64,000 nucleotides of DNA. Origin: Squalus acanthias. Lineage: Eukaryota. The stretch spans positions 32,488,001 through 32,552,000 of the forward strand of contig CM059429.1 of the NCBI GenBank assembly GCA_030390025.1, written 5' to 3'. Positions within the stretch are counted from its first letter, which is position 1. Each line of letters starts with the position of its first letter. This document shows positions 62,299 to 64,000 of this stretch, piece after piece. The translations under genes and the position numbers were made by a program. The notes beneath the pieces were generated by a model. That model searched no databases, had not been told where the DNA came from, and worked only from the letters and a program-made list of their open reading frames with translations.

Positions 62299-64000
62299 AA
62301 TACCTCACAAACCAGTGTGGTGGCAATCACTCCCAAATACAGCAACACAAAAAACTTTCGGTACGAGCGCAGTTTATCACAGCACATTAACAAATGAAAA
62401 GAAGCTTTGACACTGGGTACAATCTGATACTTATAGGATGAAATCTTGCTGTGCAATATTCTTAGATATTCTTTGTCCAATGTTTTAACGTATTTATTTT
62501 AATGTGTTAAACGGCAGTATGCCAATCTTGCACAGTGCAATTTGACCTGTATTAACTTCTCTAGTACCTAAGCATACAATATTAATGCTTTTTACGGGAT
62601 ATCAGAGCAGCGTCGCTGGCAGATAGAGCTGAAAAGGGAGGCTTTTGTTCATGTTGTATCTACCTGCCAGGCTAAGTGCTATGTATTCGTGCGATAACTA
62701 AAAAAGTAATGTCCATTAGCGTCACTGAAAAGTGCCATATTTCAGTGTGAGAATCGCACCGAGACTGCTGTTTGAATCAACTGGCCACATTTCTGATGAG
62801 CCCTCAGTTCTTGGTCAGGCTTGCTGGACAGGACCCGTCACAGGTGGAACCACTGCCTCGGGAAGGAACGTCCGATGTGGGCTGCCATCGAGTGACACAA
62901 GTGATGATGTCATGGAGAAAGCCAGGGTGGATTCATCCACTCATTCACTGGAAAAAAAAGTCACACGGAGGCTAGAGGCCATGGAAGTTGTGGAAGGGGG
63001 GGGGGGGGGGGGATCAGCAAATGTAAATAAAAACATTGTCACTAGATTTGCTGATATATCATGTTGTAGCTTTTAACAATTAAATTAGTCCGTGTCTTTG
63101 ATACTGACAACTTGGCTTACACTTGTTTATTAAGGTAGTGTGAGCTGCGGCTGATACTTACAGCCCACAATGGCAGGCAGATGGTTGGAATCTTGTAATC
63201 ATCAACAGAAGCCTGCAATTGACTGCCTTCACAAATCATCGTGAGCAGCAGAACTAGCCGTCTTTTGTCTACCCTGTCCTTCATAAATGATTACAAGATT
63301 CCACCCATCTGTCAGCCTCTAGAGTGGGATATATATAAAGTGCAGTGAATATGAACAGCTGTTGGGGAGTATTTCGAAATGATATTTACCATTAGCTCAG
63401 AAACTACTAAAGTAATCACTTGAACTAAACAGTGGTGGGTAGTTCAAGTACTTTTTGCCACTAATAATCCCAGGCACTGCCTACAAGTAGCTTCATTGAT
63501 GTTTCAGCCTTTTGAATTCTAAAATTATTGAGCTAACAGAAACTAAAGCTCAATGTGGCCAACGGGAAGTGCTTGGATCTCACACATACCATTGTTTCCC
63601 CGTCACTTCTCCTGGATTAATCCTGTTCCATTGTTCTATTTCACTAAATTTTGTTGAATGCTAATAGTTAACTCACTAGTGTGGCTACAAATCATAAAAT
63701 ACATGTATTTTTATTCAGGCAAATAGGAAGAAATGTGGTCTTGCTTTTATAATTTATTCAGCTGTAGACTGGTCTTCTGGTCTGTAGTTGCAGCTAAGTC
63801 CAGTGGCTCCTCTGTCTTGTGTACAAACATGAATTGCCACAGAACAGAGGTACTCAGCCTCGCACCAAAGTTAGGTCACCCCTCTCGTAACTCATCAATC
63901 TCAGCTGCAACCACATGGGGAGGTGCCACATAGAGGTCAGGCATTGCCCTGAAGATAGTAAAGTACAATCAGAACAGACAACTGACTTACCTCCTGATCT

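Noticed and set aside
62792-62835. Additional hammerhead at CTGATGAG
   Set aside because: No GAAA box after a stem II; the CUGANGA at 8593 and 14206 fail for the same reason
1-64000. CRISPR arrays, operons or other prokaryotic systems
   Set aside because: The sequence is vertebrate repeat-rich DNA; there is no repeat-spacer array and no gene-dense coding region
63949-64000. Minus-strand donor GAG|GTAAGT at 63991 with a nearby acceptor
   Set aside because: The exon would lie outside the window and the implied 42-nt intron is implausibly short; cannot be evaluated

Overview
Eukaryotic, repeat-dense, essentially non-coding DNA (a large intron or an intergenic region), most likely from a cartilaginous fish (shark). 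That assignment is inferred from the repeat set: CR1 LINEs with an SGNH-esterase ORF1, L2, CR1-Zenon-like and RTE LINEs, Penelope-like GIY-YIG elements, Deu-domain (SacSINE1-like), HE1-like, AmnSINE2-like and LF-SINE-like SINEs, and many PIF/Harbinger-derived MITEs with 3-bp TSDs. No host protein-coding exon can be supported; every recognisable ORF is transposon-derived. The most notable observations are: (1) a ~45-bp long-range inverted repeat (12590-13484) that encloses a strong 3' splice site and whose right arm ends on a strong 5' splice site, i.e. a candidate structure-controlled stop-containing cassette exon; (2) a Penelope minimal hammerhead ribozyme that is disrupted in all three copies in the window, each by a different event; (3) a 20-bp-phased ZNF143/E-box cassette; (4) a shared GTGT target preference of the MITEs; (5) several multi-level nested insertions. 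Family names come from recalled motifs, not database searches, and boundaries are approximate unless a TSD is quoted.
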